Source: Spirochaetota bacterium
Lineage (GTDB): Bacteria > Spirochaetota > UBA4802 > UBA5368
Length of the DNA stretch: 64,000 bases
Direction: 5' to 3'
NCBI GenBank assembly: GCA_004297825.1
Contig: SCSX01000068.1
Location: forward strand, 28,651-92,650
Numbering within the stretch: the stretch's first letter is position 1; each line of letters starts with the position of its first letter. This document shows positions 17,742 through 27,978 of the stretch, piece by piece. The notes beneath the pieces were generated by a model. That model had not been told where the DNA came from and ran no database searches. It saw nothing but the letters and a program-made list of their open reading frames with translations. A program made the translations under genes and the position numbers.

Positions 17742-18710
17742 TCATTTACATGGCTGTTTTAGTCTTGGAAAAAGATTATGAGCATTTTCATATTCAATGT
17801 GCTTCAAATCCCTTTCTGAAAACCCATCATACGAGTGAAGCCCTTTTACCGTCTCGGCGGTTAAAATCTCCGGTGCGAATGGATAATCCGTTCCGAAAAG
17901 AATCTGTTCCGGTTCGACCAGCTCTCGCAAGGTCCTGAATACATACGGATTTGCCGACAGCCCGGTATCGTAATAAAGCCGTTTCAGATAATAGTGGACA
18001 CCACGAGGTACAGCTTCTCCGGCATCAGGTAATACGAATTGCCCAAGGGAAATACGCCATGTAAGATAGGGCAATGCACCGCCGGCATGTGCGAATATCC
18101 AGCGAATATTGGGATACTTTTCGAGCACGCCTTTGTAGAGAAGATTGAAAATAACGCGTGCCGTTTCGAAGGCAACCTCCATAAGAAAAGAGGGGATTTC
18201 TTTCCCAAGCGGATTTCCGGATAAGGGCTCGGTGGGATGAACATACACGACGGCATTTCTTTTATTGAGCTCAGCGTACACTTCAGTGTAATGATTATCT
18301 CCAATATAGGCTCCTTCATGATTGGACAGAACCGCTATCCCGTCAAGATGGAGTATATCCAATGCATGCGATATCTCTTCCAGCGAGAACGCGATATCCG
18401 GTAGGGGAAGGGAAGCGAATGCACCGAAGCGCAGGGGATGGTTGGAAATCATTTTTGCCGACGCTTCATTTGACAAGCGCGCCAGCTTTTTAGCGAACTT
18501 CGAATCGCCAAAGTACACACCCGGGCTGGAGATGGAAGTGATGGCCGTTTGTATTCCATTCGCATCCATAACCGCGAGAGATTTTTCAACCGACCATTCA
18601 GGAAACGATCTGCCCAAAGACTCCGTTATTCCGGCTCTTTTCAGTTCCGTGAGATATTCGCCGGGAATGAAATGATGGTGCACATCAACGCGACAGAGTC
18701 CGGTATTCAT
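17742..18710 (-). CDS. Amidohydrolase_2 family protein (ACMSD/LigW-like metal-dependent hydrolase or decarboxylase)
   Basis: The ORF is trimmed to MNTGLCRVDVHHHFIP (ATG at 18710, GGAGG 6 nt upstream). It has the HxH metal motif, a later VYVHP and FAHAGG, and GTDYPF near the C-terminus. Confidence 0.8.
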   Translation of the reverse strand: MNTGLCRVDVHHHFIPGEYLTELKRAGITESLGRSFPEWSVEKSLAVMDANGIQTAITSISSPGVYFGDSKFAKKLARLSNEASAKMISNHPLRFGAFASLPLPDIAFSLEEISHALDILHLDGIAVLSNHEGAYIGDNHYTEVYAELNKRNAVVYVHPTEPLSGNPLGKEIPSFLMEVAFETARVIFNLLYKGVLEKYPNIRWIFAHAGGALPYLTWRISLGQFVLPDAGEAVPRGVHYYLKRLYYDTGLSANPYVFRTLRELVEPEQILFGTDYPFAPEILTAETVKGLHSYDGFSERDLKHIEYENAHNLFPRLKQPCK

Positions 18711-18850
18711 TTGACCTCCGATATACGTTACTCTATGCAGGGAATTGTGACAACCATCGAGTCGCGACCCACGGCCAGTTTTCCATGATAATAATCGCTC
18801 ATGCCTCTTACCCTCTTCATCGCATTCACCTAAATAGGAGTACAATATTT

Positions 18851-19957
18851 TCAACCGGCGGCATCCCGGCAGGCTTTCCCCATCATCCTGATGTTTTCCA
18901 GCTTAGCATTGAATGGAATATCGCATCCGGAGGAAAGTATGAAACCCTTCGGCCCTATCTCTCTGATCAGTCGTGTGCAATATTCGTATACCTGCTCCGG
19001 CGTGCCGAATGCCAGCATCCCGGCCGGGACGTCCCCCATGATGCACATCGTGTCCCCCACGATCGCTTTCGCCTTTAAAATGTTGGTACTGCCGTCCAGG
19101 GCCATGATGCATTTCCCCCTCGGCAGTTCCCGGAAATAGTGCAGCCCTGCCTCCCAGTTCGAATCCAGATGGAAGATCGGTACCACGTTCTTCTCGATGA
19201 GAAATTCCGCGAGGTCCCTCATATAGCTCCACGAAAAGCGCTCGAACATCTGCCTGTTTATCAACCCCGGGGTCCCCCGCCAACCCCCGATCCATGCGCC
19301 AAAGGGATGGAGAATTTTCAATTGAAGGCGATAGAATATTTTATTAAATCTATGGGCAATCCGAAAAACCCTTTCCAATTTGTCCGGTATTTCCATCAGG
19401 TCCTCGGCAAAGAACGTCTCCAAGGAGCGGCCGCCGCAGAACATCTCGAACGGGCTTGAAAAAACCGGACCGGCGATGCAGGGATACCCGGCTTCAATGA
19501 ACCGGGCGCGCGCCTTACGTATGGATCTTAAATACGGAAGCACCAGGCGCGACGGATTCCCGAGTCTTTTCGTAATGAACGCGAACAACCAGCGGCCGAA
19601 GCCTTTTTTAATGATGAAATCGTAATCCTCCTGTTTCACAAGCTCCTTCTCGTCCATTTGCCACAACTCGTCATCCGAAAGATCGATACCCGGCACTTTA
19701 ACCCTGGTAAACCACAGGATGGGCAGCAGCCTCGGATCGAAAACCATCTGCTGAACCGCGTCGACGCCGCCGATCTTTTCCTGGGCATTAATATTTGTGG
19801 AACAGTTCAACTCCATGTCCGTGATATAATTGGAAAGCTTTACTCCTTCAATTTTCGCATTGATCGCGGTGCCGCAGGTAACGAACGGAACCTTATCCAC
19901 CGGTTCCAGGGCTATCGCGGACCTTATACGCTTCAGCTTTTCTTCATACGGGGTCAT
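18851..19957 (-). CDS. Uroporphyrinogen-decarboxylase (URO-D) family protein
   Basis: 368-aa ORF. The N-terminal KRIRSAIALEPVDKVPF and the C-terminal ILSSGCDIPFNAKLENI are typical of URO-D/MtaA-like TIM-barrel proteins. Confidence 0.7.
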   Translation of the reverse strand: MTPYEEKLKRIRSAIALEPVDKVPFVTCGTAINAKIEGVKLSNYITDMELNCSTNINAQEKIGGVDAVQQMVFDPRLLPILWFTRVKVPGIDLSDDELWQMDEKELVKQEDYDFIIKKGFGRWLFAFITKRLGNPSRLVLPYLRSIRKARARFIEAGYPCIAGPVFSSPFEMFCGGRSLETFFAEDLMEIPDKLERVFRIAHRFNKIFYRLQLKILHPFGAWIGGWRGTPGLINRQMFERFSWSYMRDLAEFLIEKNVVPIFHLDSNWEAGLHYFRELPRGKCIMALDGSTNILKAKAIVGDTMCIMGDVPAGMLAFGTPEQVYEYCTRLIREIGPKGFILSSGCDIPFNAKLENIRMMGKACRDAAG

Positions 19958-19979
19958 AATGTTTTCCTCTATTTCGCAG

Positions 19980-20837
19980 TCAGAATTTCAGCAAATCCAG
20001 CCCCCCGGTCACCGGAATGGCCGCACCGGTCATAAATGATGAAGCGTCCGACGCGAGAAAAACGGCCAGCTTCCCGATCTCATCGGGTCTGCCGAATCTA
20101 TGCAGGGGTGTTCCCTTTTTGATCCGTTCCGATATTTCCGGAGCCTGCAGTTTCACCGCCTCCGTTTCGATGAAGCCCGGGCAGATCGCGTTCACCGTTA
20201 TACCCAATCTTCCCCCCTCGATGGCAAGGGATTTCGCAAGCCCTATGAGGCCCGCCTTGGTCGCGCCATAGGAGGGCTGCCTCCACGCGCCCATAAGACC
20301 GGCGATTGATGAGATATAAATGACTCTGCCCCATCCCTTCCGCTTCATCATTGGCCACACCGCTTTCGTGCAATTGAAGGCTCCCGTCAGATTGACGCGC
20401 AGGTCCCGTTCCCATCGCTCGATCGTCTGTTCCTCCAGGTCGCCGAAATTGTCCATGAGCGCCGCATTGCTGACCAGTATATCGACCCCGCCGAAATCAC
20501 GCTCAGCCTCCGCAGCCACGGCTTCGATTTCCGCTATATTCGTTACATCCAGTTTCCTGGCAATGGCCGTCGTATCCATTTCACAAATCTCGCGCGCGGT
20601 TTCCCTGGTTTTAACGACTTTATTCCTGGCGAAATGTCCGGCGAGGGGACTGTACGCGTCCAGCTCCGCGGGATCCCGCTGTTCATCCTCAAGCAACAGG
20701 TCGGTTACGATCACGCGCGCCCCTGCCCTCCCGAGGGACAGGGCGATCTCCCGCCCCAGGCCCCGTGAAGCGCCGGTGACCAGGGCTGTTTTGCCTTTTA
20801 ACGTATCTGAGCCGTTGATGTCGCTTTTACTTTTCAT
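19980..20837 (-). CDS. SDR-family oxidoreductase (3-oxoacyl/3-hydroxyacyl reductase-like)
   Basis: 285-aa ORF with KTALVTGASRGLGREIA, NAA, and YGATKAG (YxxxK). Confidence 0.85.
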   Translation of the reverse strand: MKSKSDINGSDTLKGKTALVTGASRGLGREIALSLGRAGARVIVTDLLLEDEQRDPAELDAYSPLAGHFARNKVVKTRETAREICEMDTTAIARKLDVTNIAEIEAVAAEAERDFGGVDILVSNAALMDNFGDLEEQTIERWERDLRVNLTGAFNCTKAVWPMMKRKGWGRVIYISSIAGLMGAWRQPSYGATKAGLIGLAKSLAIEGGRLGITVNAICPGFIETEAVKLQAPEISERIKKGTPLHRFGRPDEIGKLAVFLASDASSFMTGAAIPVTGGLDLLKF

Positions 20838-20936
20838 TGTATCGGATCGGATCGTTCATTTCCATTTTCAGCGTTTCAATTATGTGTTCCACACGCGCTT
20901 GATCAGTTTCCGCATGTAGAATCTCCCCTCGGGAAT

Positions 20937-21710
20937 TCAACGTCCGATTATGTACCGGTGAGGATCGACCTCATCACGCAACAGGCGAAGTTCCTGGGAA
21001 CTTGGCGGCTCCGTATTCGTGATCGCGTCATCCCACAAAAGCTCAAACCCGCAATTATCCTGGATGTCTTTTCTTGCATACCCTGGGTTGATCGAAAGCA
21101 CCTTCATCCGCTTGCTCTCTTCATCGAAACCCATGATGGCCATGTTGGTAATGATCCTGTACGGCCCCGTCCCCACGGGGAGGCCCGCGTCGTAGCGGGA
21201 CGTGCCGCCGGTGAGATATCCCGGTGAAGTGATGAAGTCCAGTTTTTCGGTGAAGCGCTTGTTGTCCTGCGGCGTCATCATCATGGTGCGCCAGCAGAGG
21301 GAGGCCAGGTCGTTCGCCCCGCCCGATCCCGGGAAACGCACCCTGGGCTTCGCGTGGTCGCTTCCTATCATCGTGGAGTTGATATTTCCGTACATGTCTA
21401 TCTGCGCCCCGCCCAGGAAGGTGTAGTCCACCATGCCCCGCTGACAGGTTTCCATGATATCCGGCATGGAACTGGCAAGGATCGCCTTGTGGAAGGTCCG
21501 TGAATCGCCGACGGATATCGGCATGGCGGGTAATATCGGCGCCACGCCGCCCGCCTCGAACATTATGGTGAGGTTCGGCGAGTGCGTCTTCTGCGCCAGC
21601 ATGGCCGCTGCGCAGGGAGCGCCGGTGCCCACAACAACAGTCGCGCCGTCCTCCAGGTTCCGTGCCGCGACGCATATCATGAGTTCCATTGGATTGTAAT
21701 CTGCCATCAT
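20937..21710 (-). CDS. Family I CoA-transferase, beta subunit (glutaconate/3-oxoacid CoA-transferase B-like)
   Basis: 257-aa ORF. MELMICVAARNLEDGATVVVGTGAPCAAAMLA...MFEAGGV contains the catalytic-Glu context E-x-G. It sits 7 nt downstream of the alpha subunit gene. Confidence 0.8.
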   Translation of the reverse strand: MMADYNPMELMICVAARNLEDGATVVVGTGAPCAAAMLAQKTHSPNLTIMFEAGGVAPILPAMPISVGDSRTFHKAILASSMPDIMETCQRGMVDYTFLGGAQIDMYGNINSTMIGSDHAKPRVRFPGSGGANDLASLCWRTMMMTPQDNKRFTEKLDFITSPGYLTGGTSRYDAGLPVGTGPYRIITNMAIMGFDEESKRMKVLSINPGYARKDIQDNCGFELLWDDAITNTEPPSSQELRLLRDEVDPHRYIIGR

Positions 21711-21717
21711 CTCTTTC

Positions 21718-22731
21718 CTATGCTTTATCTATCATATGCTCGATCGCCCGCAGCTTCAGCATTTTATCAATGCCTCCGTTCAAACCGAGGTATCCATTAA
21801 AATCAGTTGTTTCCATGATCTGTTCATTAAAGAACTTCCTGAATCCATCGGGATCCTTTTCGATCGTGAGCCATTGTTTGAGATATTCTTCATCGGAGAA
21901 ATACTCGTAGGGCATATTGCCCGGATAGCTCCCGTAAGGCACCTCGACGACCGCGTCCACGCACCAGAATGGTATGAACGTCTCGTGCGGTTTCCTCCTG
22001 ATCTCATCATTATGAATGATCCGTTCAGCGGTGAGAATCACACGCTTTGACGCCCTGGCAAGGTCCTGGTCCGATACTGAAGCGCCGAACACCCTCGCGT
22101 TGCCGTAGATATCGCATTCATGAACATGAATCGCGGCGAGATCGGGATACAGGGCCGGGTGCGCAACGAGCTTTTTACCGGTAAAGGGACAGAGCACTTC
22201 CTTCGAGGCGCTGTACCTGAACGTGTCGGTTCCCATGAGGTTGCGCGCGGGGACGTACGAGAGTCCCATGGCCGCGGCCTTGATCCGCCATGACAGCGTC
22301 GCATTGGTCCATTCGGTAAGTTTTATGCTTCCGCTTTCCACCGCCCTGCGAGCGTTAGGCGAAAGGCCACGTGCCTCGAGCCCTATGATGTAGGCCGCGT
22401 CGAGCCTGTCGATGCATCCGCCCGCGACGAGTATCTGCATATCGTGGGTGGACGTATGCCCCGCGAACGCCAGGTTCTTTTTCCCCTGCCGGCATATCTC
22501 GTGCAGTATCGCCGTGGGAATTCTGTTCGCGCCGAATCCGCCGATAGCGAGATAGTCCCCGTCGTTGAGAAGCGTTTTCACCGCTTCGCGGGCCGTGGTT
22601 ACCTTGTTCACCATGGCGCGGGATTTGCTTCTGAAAAACTCCCTCGCCGTATCGGGATCGGGATTGGAAAACAGCTCGTTCGATCCGGATTGCAGATTCA
22701 CATTGTTGCCCTTAATGGCGGTCAGTTTCAT
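21718..22731 (-). CDS. Family I CoA-transferase, alpha subunit (GctA-like)
   Basis: 337-aa ORF. AREAVKTLLNDGDYLAIGGFG...NRIPTAILHEI is typical of CoA-transferase A subunits. Its start overlaps the stop of the upstream gene by 4 nt. Confidence 0.8.
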   Translation of the reverse strand: MKLTAIKGNNVNLQSGSNELFSNPDPDTAREFFRSKSRAMVNKVTTAREAVKTLLNDGDYLAIGGFGANRIPTAILHEICRQGKKNLAFAGHTSTHDMQILVAGGCIDRLDAAYIIGLEARGLSPNARRAVESGSIKLTEWTNATLSWRIKAAAMGLSYVPARNLMGTDTFRYSASKEVLCPFTGKKLVAHPALYPDLAAIHVHECDIYGNARVFGASVSDQDLARASKRVILTAERIIHNDEIRRKPHETFIPFWCVDAVVEVPYGSYPGNMPYEYFSDEEYLKQWLTIEKDPDGFRKFFNEQIMETTDFNGYLGLNGGIDKMLKLRAIEHMIDKA

Positions 22732-23735
22732 TTGATCCGCCGCTTCGTCGTATCGATCCCCATGAGCCGTCCAAGATTTCCGCCGAACATCTTCGCCCTG
22801 TCCTCATCCGTGATCGGCTGATATCCATATTCTTCCTGCATGTCCTCAGAAATCTGGAATTCACGCAGGCCCTTTACCGCAGCCATCATCTGGACGCCGA
22901 AGCCGGCAAAGTCGGTACCCCACGTTATTTTATCGGATCCCACGAAACGCATCGCCTCTCCAAGAAGACGCGCGAATTTGCGGGGAGCGGTGAGCGCCCA
23001 GGGTACCAGCAGGCTCATGCAGATATACACGTTCGGGTGACCCAGCGCGACCATATTGAGCACGTCTGCGTAAGGATATCCCATATGAAACGCGTTGATC
23101 TTCAAATCGGGGAAATCCCGTGCCACGTCGTCGAGTTGATCCGGATGGCAGTACTTGCTTTTCCCCGGCGGCACCCATACCATGCCGGTGTGTAAGTCGA
23201 GAACGATGCCAAGCTCCTGCGCCTTCTCGTAAAAAGGCCACAGCTCCGGGTCGTTCATATAAGTGTCCTCGGGCGAATAGTACTTGAAGATTTTCGCGCC
23301 CTTTTCTTTCACCCAGTACTCCAGCTCCCAGATCGCATTTTTAACTCCCCGCTGCTTGATCGGAGAAATATTGGGCTGATACATGAACCGATCCGGATTC
23401 GATTCAACTATCTTCGCCATGTCGCCGTTGGTGCACCACCGGCTTGTGTACCCGGTGGTGTCCATCATTGATTCCGGGAGCAGGCAGGCGATGTCGACGC
23501 CGTACTTGTCCATGGCCTTGAGAATAGTCTCCGGCGCAGCGCTCCTCTGCATTTCCCATTCTTCCATACCGGCGGCAGCCTTCCCGAGTAATGAAGGAGT
23601 CGTGCCGGTCAACAACGGGCGTTTTATGTTGTCAATGGCCCGCCACCACATCTGCACGCCGGGAAAATGATTAACCGGTCCTATGTCGCCGATAAGGTGA
23701 CATTCCGGGTCTATCTTGAAATAATTGTCTGTCAT
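22728..23735 (-). CDS. Amidohydrolase_2 family protein (second copy, divergent)
   Basis: 335-aa ORF showing a TIM-barrel amidohydrolase_2 pattern (DIACLLPES, LDLHTG, NAFHMGYP, WGTDFAG). Confidence 0.7.
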   Translation of the reverse strand: MTDNYFKIDPECHLIGDIGPVNHFPGVQMWWRAIDNIKRPLLTGTTPSLLGKAAAGMEEWEMQRSAAPETILKAMDKYGVDIACLLPESMMDTTGYTSRWCTNGDMAKIVESNPDRFMYQPNISPIKQRGVKNAIWELEYWVKEKGAKIFKYYSPEDTYMNDPELWPFYEKAQELGIVLDLHTGMVWVPPGKSKYCHPDQLDDVARDFPDLKINAFHMGYPYADVLNMVALGHPNVYICMSLLVPWALTAPRKFARLLGEAMRFVGSDKITWGTDFAGFGVQMMAAVKGLREFQISEDMQEEYGYQPITDEDRAKMFGGNLGRLMGIDTTKRRIK

Positions 23736-23757
23736 GGTAGTTTCTCCTTATAAAGAT

Positions 23758-25158
23758 TTAAATCTGCGGAAGATCCTCCGCCTTCTCCTTGAACTTGGCA
23801 ATTCTCGACTCGAGCTTTGAACCCTTCATCCACAGATCAGGGAAAAACCGCTCCCTGCCCGCCGTGGGATTCACCGCGCAGTGGAGCCACTTGTTGAAAA
23901 TGAAGTGCGCGTAGCACTGCTGGCACCGCGTGCATTTGACGATGTCCTTGACCCTGTTTTCTTTCACTTTAACCGGCCAGAAGGGATCGGCGATCGACTG
24001 CCGCCCGAGCGATATGATATCCACCGAATCCTCCGTGATCGCCTTGAGCGCCGCATGGGGCGTCACGAAGTTCGGTGCGATCGTCGGGAGTCCCGTCGCC
24101 TCCTTGAATCCCTTCGCCCATTTCGAAAAATCGCCCTCTCCGTTATACGCGAACGTGCTGCCGGAGGTCTGATAGCTCCCTTGTGATATATTGATCGCGT
24201 TCACGCCGGCGTCCTTACACAGTGCGGCAATCTGACACATCTCCTCATGGGTCGCGCCGCCGGGCTGGAGATCGGCGCCGCTGAGCCGGCACAATACCGG
24301 TTTGTCATTGCCGACCCTCTTACGGATTTTTTTGATCATATTGGTCAGGATCCGCGCCCTGTTTTCGACGCTTCCGCCGTAGTCGTCCACGCGCTTGTTC
24401 ATCATGGGAGACAGGAACTGGTGAATCAGGTAGCCGTGGGGGCTGTGAAGCTCCACCGCGTCGAATCCGAGCTGAAAGGCCGCTTCGGCCTGCGCCGCCA
24501 TGCGGTCCTCCATTTCCACAATCTCTTCGACGGTTATCTCGCGCGGCGCCTCCCGCCAGATGATATGGTACAGCTCTTCCGAAACCCCCATGACCATCTT
24601 TTTCAGGTTCAATTGAACATCGTCCGAAAAATACATTTCATCGGGCATCTTTATCAATTCGGTGAAATCGATGCCGCCCGCGAACGAAGTATCGATCCTT
24701 TTCTTAAGCTGGGTCTCCCATCCCTTGTTGCTCATAAGATTTCTAAGATCTATATGCAGGGGAATCGCAGAGGGCGCGGCCGGATACACATGAGGACTGG
24801 TTACAGGCGGATGCCCCTGTCTTCCCCATCCCGGACTCAACTGGATGCATATCTTGCACTTGTCATATGTGTGCACCGTCTCTACCACCTTGCTCCAGAA
24901 TCGATAGAAACGGTAGTCGGTCAACTGCGACACATTCATCGCATCGCCGCCGTACCAGGCATGGGGATTGATGATGACGGCCTCGGTGATGAGGAGACCG
25001 AAACCGCCCCGCGCGCGCATTGCGTAATGGGCGAGCACCTGGTCCCCGGGATATCCCAGGGGATCGGTATATCCCATGTTCATGGGAGCCATGGCGATAC
25101 GGTTTTTCACTTCCATACTCCCGATTTGAATGGGCTCGAAAAGCTTGCTAAAACTCAT
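23758..25158 (-). CDS. Old-yellow-enzyme family FMN oxidoreductase with a C-terminal 4-Cys motif and no FAD/NAD(P)H reductase domain
   Basis: 466-aa ORF. FEPIQIGSMEVKNRIAMAPM and ELHSPHGYLIHQFLSP are OYE signatures. CTRCQQCYAHFIFNKWLHC (CxxCxxCx11C) lies about 40 aa from the C-terminus. Confidence 0.85.
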   Translation of the reverse strand: MSFSKLFEPIQIGSMEVKNRIAMAPMNMGYTDPLGYPGDQVLAHYAMRARGGFGLLITEAVIINPHAWYGGDAMNVSQLTDYRFYRFWSKVVETVHTYDKCKICIQLSPGWGRQGHPPVTSPHVYPAAPSAIPLHIDLRNLMSNKGWETQLKKRIDTSFAGGIDFTELIKMPDEMYFSDDVQLNLKKMVMGVSEELYHIIWREAPREITVEEIVEMEDRMAAQAEAAFQLGFDAVELHSPHGYLIHQFLSPMMNKRVDDYGGSVENRARILTNMIKKIRKRVGNDKPVLCRLSGADLQPGGATHEEMCQIAALCKDAGVNAINISQGSYQTSGSTFAYNGEGDFSKWAKGFKEATGLPTIAPNFVTPHAALKAITEDSVDIISLGRQSIADPFWPVKVKENRVKDIVKCTRCQQCYAHFIFNKWLHCAVNPTAGRERFFPDLWMKGSKLESRIAKFKEKAEDLPQI

Positions 25159-25197
25159 AGTGTGCGACCTCCTGTTTTTACGTTAGTATGTATCCGT

Positions 25198-26760
25198 CTA
25201 ACTGATCGTCCTTTCCCGTCCTTCCCAGAACTTCGCCTTGATATCTTTCTTGATGATCTTCCCGATGATCGTCTTGGGAATCGATTCCCAGAAAGCGACC
25301 GCCTTGGGGCACTTGTACCCCGCGAGCGTTTTCTTGCAGTGTTCCATGATCTCCTCCTCCGTAGCCTTCGCTCCTGGTTTGAGAACCACAACCGCCTGAA
25401 CGATCTCGCCCCACTTCGGATCGGGGGCCGATACGACCGAACACTCAAACACCGCCGGGTGCTGATAGATCACGTTTTCCACCTCGGCCGGGTACACGTT
25501 CTCCCCGCCTGAGATGATCATGTCCGCCTTCCGATCCGTCATGTAGAGGTAGCCGTCCCCGTCCATGTAACCGATGTCGCCGGTGTGATACCATCCGTCC
25601 ACAAGCGCGGAGGCGTTCGCGTCCGGGTTCTTCCAGTATCCCATCATGATATGTTTGCCCTTCGCGCAGATCTCTCCCCGTTCCCCCGGAGGGACGGTTT
25701 TATCGTCCGGGTCGACGATCTTTACCCGGGAACAGGGCGACGCCTTTCCGGCGCTCACCAGGTATTTCGATTGGGGACCTTCAAGATGATGGTCCTCCGG
25801 CGCCAGCATCGCGATGGCGGCGCCCGCCGTCTCCGTCGCGCCGTAGCCCTGGCAGAACTTGTTCCCGAATTTCTTTATGCACTTTTTAAGCACCTCGGTA
25901 GGGAACGGGCTCCCCGCGTAGGAGCACACCCTGAGGCTGGAAAGGTCATACTTGTCGACGTTCGGGTAATCCACCATCCATCCGTAGATCGTGGGGACCA
26001 GGTTCATATGCGTGCATTTCTCGTCCTGGATGAGCTGGAAAATCTTGTCGAGGTTGGGCTTCCTGTTTATGCACACCTTGCCGTATACGAAAAATATCGC
26101 GAGTATCGGCCACCATGACACGTGAAAGATCGGAAGCACATAACAGGTCGAGTCCTTCCTGGTAAACTCCATGCCGACCGCCGCGGTGATCCCCGCCAAC
26201 ATGCAGCTTCTGTGGCTCAGCATGACCCCCTTGGGAAGCCCGGTCGTTCCGCCCGTGTACATGAGCACCGCCAGATCGTCTTCCTGGACGTTGTACAGAT
26301 CGGGATCGGGTTCTGCGTCGGAGGATTTTTTGAGAACTTCTTCATAATCAAGAAAGTCCTCCACGGGATTATCCAGGGTGATCCACTGCTTTATCCGGCC
26401 GAGCTCCCCCTTCATTTTACCGGCACGCTCCTCGTACTCGTCGCCCACTATAAAAAGGATCGCCTCGCAATGGTTGGCGATATACACCAGCTCCTGGTCT
26501 CCAAGCCGGACGTTAATAGGAGTCACCGACATCCCGATCTTCGCCGCGCCGAAATACACCTCGAGATATTTTGCACAATTGTCGGCCATGACGCACAGCC
26601 GGTCACCCTTCTTGTAGCCAAGCCTGATCAGGGCATTCGCACAGCGGTTGACCCTGTTATTGAATTCCCTGTAGGTGAGCCGTGTCCCTTCATATACGAC
26701 TGCTGCAGAATCCGGAAAATACAGTGCCCCGTTTCTGGGAAGATCACCAAGCGTATACAT
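25198..26760 (-). CDS. AMP-forming acyl-CoA synthetase/ligase
   Basis: 520-aa ORF with the AMP-binding motif LMYTGGTTGLPKGVMLSH, plus GYGATE, YHTGDIG and SGGENVYP. Confidence 0.9.
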   Translation of the reverse strand: MYTLGDLPRNGALYFPDSAAVVYEGTRLTYREFNNRVNRCANALIRLGYKKGDRLCVMADNCAKYLEVYFGAAKIGMSVTPINVRLGDQELVYIANHCEAILFIVGDEYEERAGKMKGELGRIKQWITLDNPVEDFLDYEEVLKKSSDAEPDPDLYNVQEDDLAVLMYTGGTTGLPKGVMLSHRSCMLAGITAAVGMEFTRKDSTCYVLPIFHVSWWPILAIFFVYGKVCINRKPNLDKIFQLIQDEKCTHMNLVPTIYGWMVDYPNVDKYDLSSLRVCSYAGSPFPTEVLKKCIKKFGNKFCQGYGATETAGAAIAMLAPEDHHLEGPQSKYLVSAGKASPCSRVKIVDPDDKTVPPGERGEICAKGKHIMMGYWKNPDANASALVDGWYHTGDIGYMDGDGYLYMTDRKADMIISGGENVYPAEVENVIYQHPAVFECSVVSAPDPKWGEIVQAVVVLKPGAKATEEEIMEHCKKTLAGYKCPKAVAFWESIPKTIIGKIIKKDIKAKFWEGRERTIS

Positions 26761-26778
26761 GCCTTTCCTCCTTTTTTG

Positions 26779-27942
26779 CTATGCCCAGGATTTCGGCAGT
26801 CCCTGGAACTGCATGAGCATGTTGCGGCTCATCTCGTTTGATATGGGCGAGAACTGTATCTGGTAGGCGTCGCGCAGGAACATCGACACGGGGTACTCAT
26901 TGCATATGCCGTAACCCCCGAATATCTCGGAGCCGTACGTGCCCGCGTGGCGCGCCCCTTCCGCGGCGACGAGCTTGGCCATGGTCGCCTCAAGGTGGTA
27001 CGGTTTCCTGTTATCGCAGAGCCAGGCCGATTTGTAGGTAAGGTTCCTGGAATTTTCCAGGTTGATGAACATATCGGCGAGATAGTTCTGGAGAATCTGG
27101 AAGCGGCTGATGGGACCGCCGAACGCGGTGCGCTCCTGCACATACCGCATCGAGGCTTCGTAGATCGCCGCGATTATGCCTACGCCCATCATGGCCACGC
27201 CGATCCGTTCCGGATTCAGCACCGTCATGATCTCGTAGAATGCGTTACCGCGCGTACCCAGCATGTTTTCCCTGGGCACCTCGACATTGTCGAAGAATAT
27301 CTCCACCGATTCGCAGTGATGGCAGCTTATCTTGCCGATCTTGTTGATCGTAATTCCCTTCGACCCGCCCGGCACTATGAACGTCGACCACGATCCGGTT
27401 TTCTTCGCGTCCTTCTCCGTTTTGCATATCGTCACGAGCCCATCGGCCACGTGGGCGCCCGTGATGAACACCTTCTGTCCGTTAATCACAAAGCGATCGC
27501 TCTTCTCTTCCGCGGTCGTCGAAAGCGCCCCCAGGATGTCGGTGCCTCCCCCGGGCTCCGTGAGGGCCATGCAGGTCTTGTATTTTCCCTGCGCGATAAG
27601 AGGGAGGTATTTCTCCTTCTGCTCTTTCGTTCCGAGCTCGCCGATAAAACGGACACCGAAACCGCTCGTGACGCCCACCGCCAGCGCGACCGACATGGAT
27701 TTTTTGCAAATCTGCTCGAACGCGAGCATGGTTTCAATCTGGCCAAGGCCCTGTCCCCCGTATTCCTCCGGGACCGCGCCGCCGAACAGGCCTATGTCGA
27801 CGAACTTCTGCCAGAGCTCGTCGGGAGGGAAATCCACATTCTCGTCCATCCACTTGACATACTCCCACGAGAGCTCCTTGTCGCAAAAAGCCTTGAAGGT
27901 GTCCTTAATTATGAGTTGCTCTTCCGTTAATCCGAAATCCAT
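26779..27942 (-). CDS. Acyl-CoA dehydrogenase
   Basis: The ORF 26779-28005 is trimmed to MDFGLTEEQL (ATG at 27942, AGGAGG 7 nt upstream). It has CMALTEPGGGTD, and FGGYG close to the C-terminus. The upstream 21 codons are translation of a mini-repeat. Confidence 0.9.
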   Translation of the reverse strand: MDFGLTEEQLIIKDTFKAFCDKELSWEYVKWMDENVDFPPDELWQKFVDIGLFGGAVPEEYGGQGLGQIETMLAFEQICKKSMSVALAVGVTSGFGVRFIGELGTKEQKEKYLPLIAQGKYKTCMALTEPGGGTDILGALSTTAEEKSDRFVINGQKVFITGAHVADGLVTICKTEKDAKKTGSWSTFIVPGGSKGITINKIGKISCHHCESVEIFFDNVEVPRENMLGTRGNAFYEIMTVLNPERIGVAMMGVGIIAAIYEASMRYVQERTAFGGPISRFQILQNYLADMFINLENSRNLTYKSAWLCDNRKPYHLEATMAKLVAAEGARHAGTYGSEIFGGYGICNEYPVSMFLRDAYQIQFSPISNEMSRNMLMQFQGLPKSWA

Positions 27943-27978
27943 GATTGTTCCTCCTGCATTGTTTGCCCGCCCCCTAAA

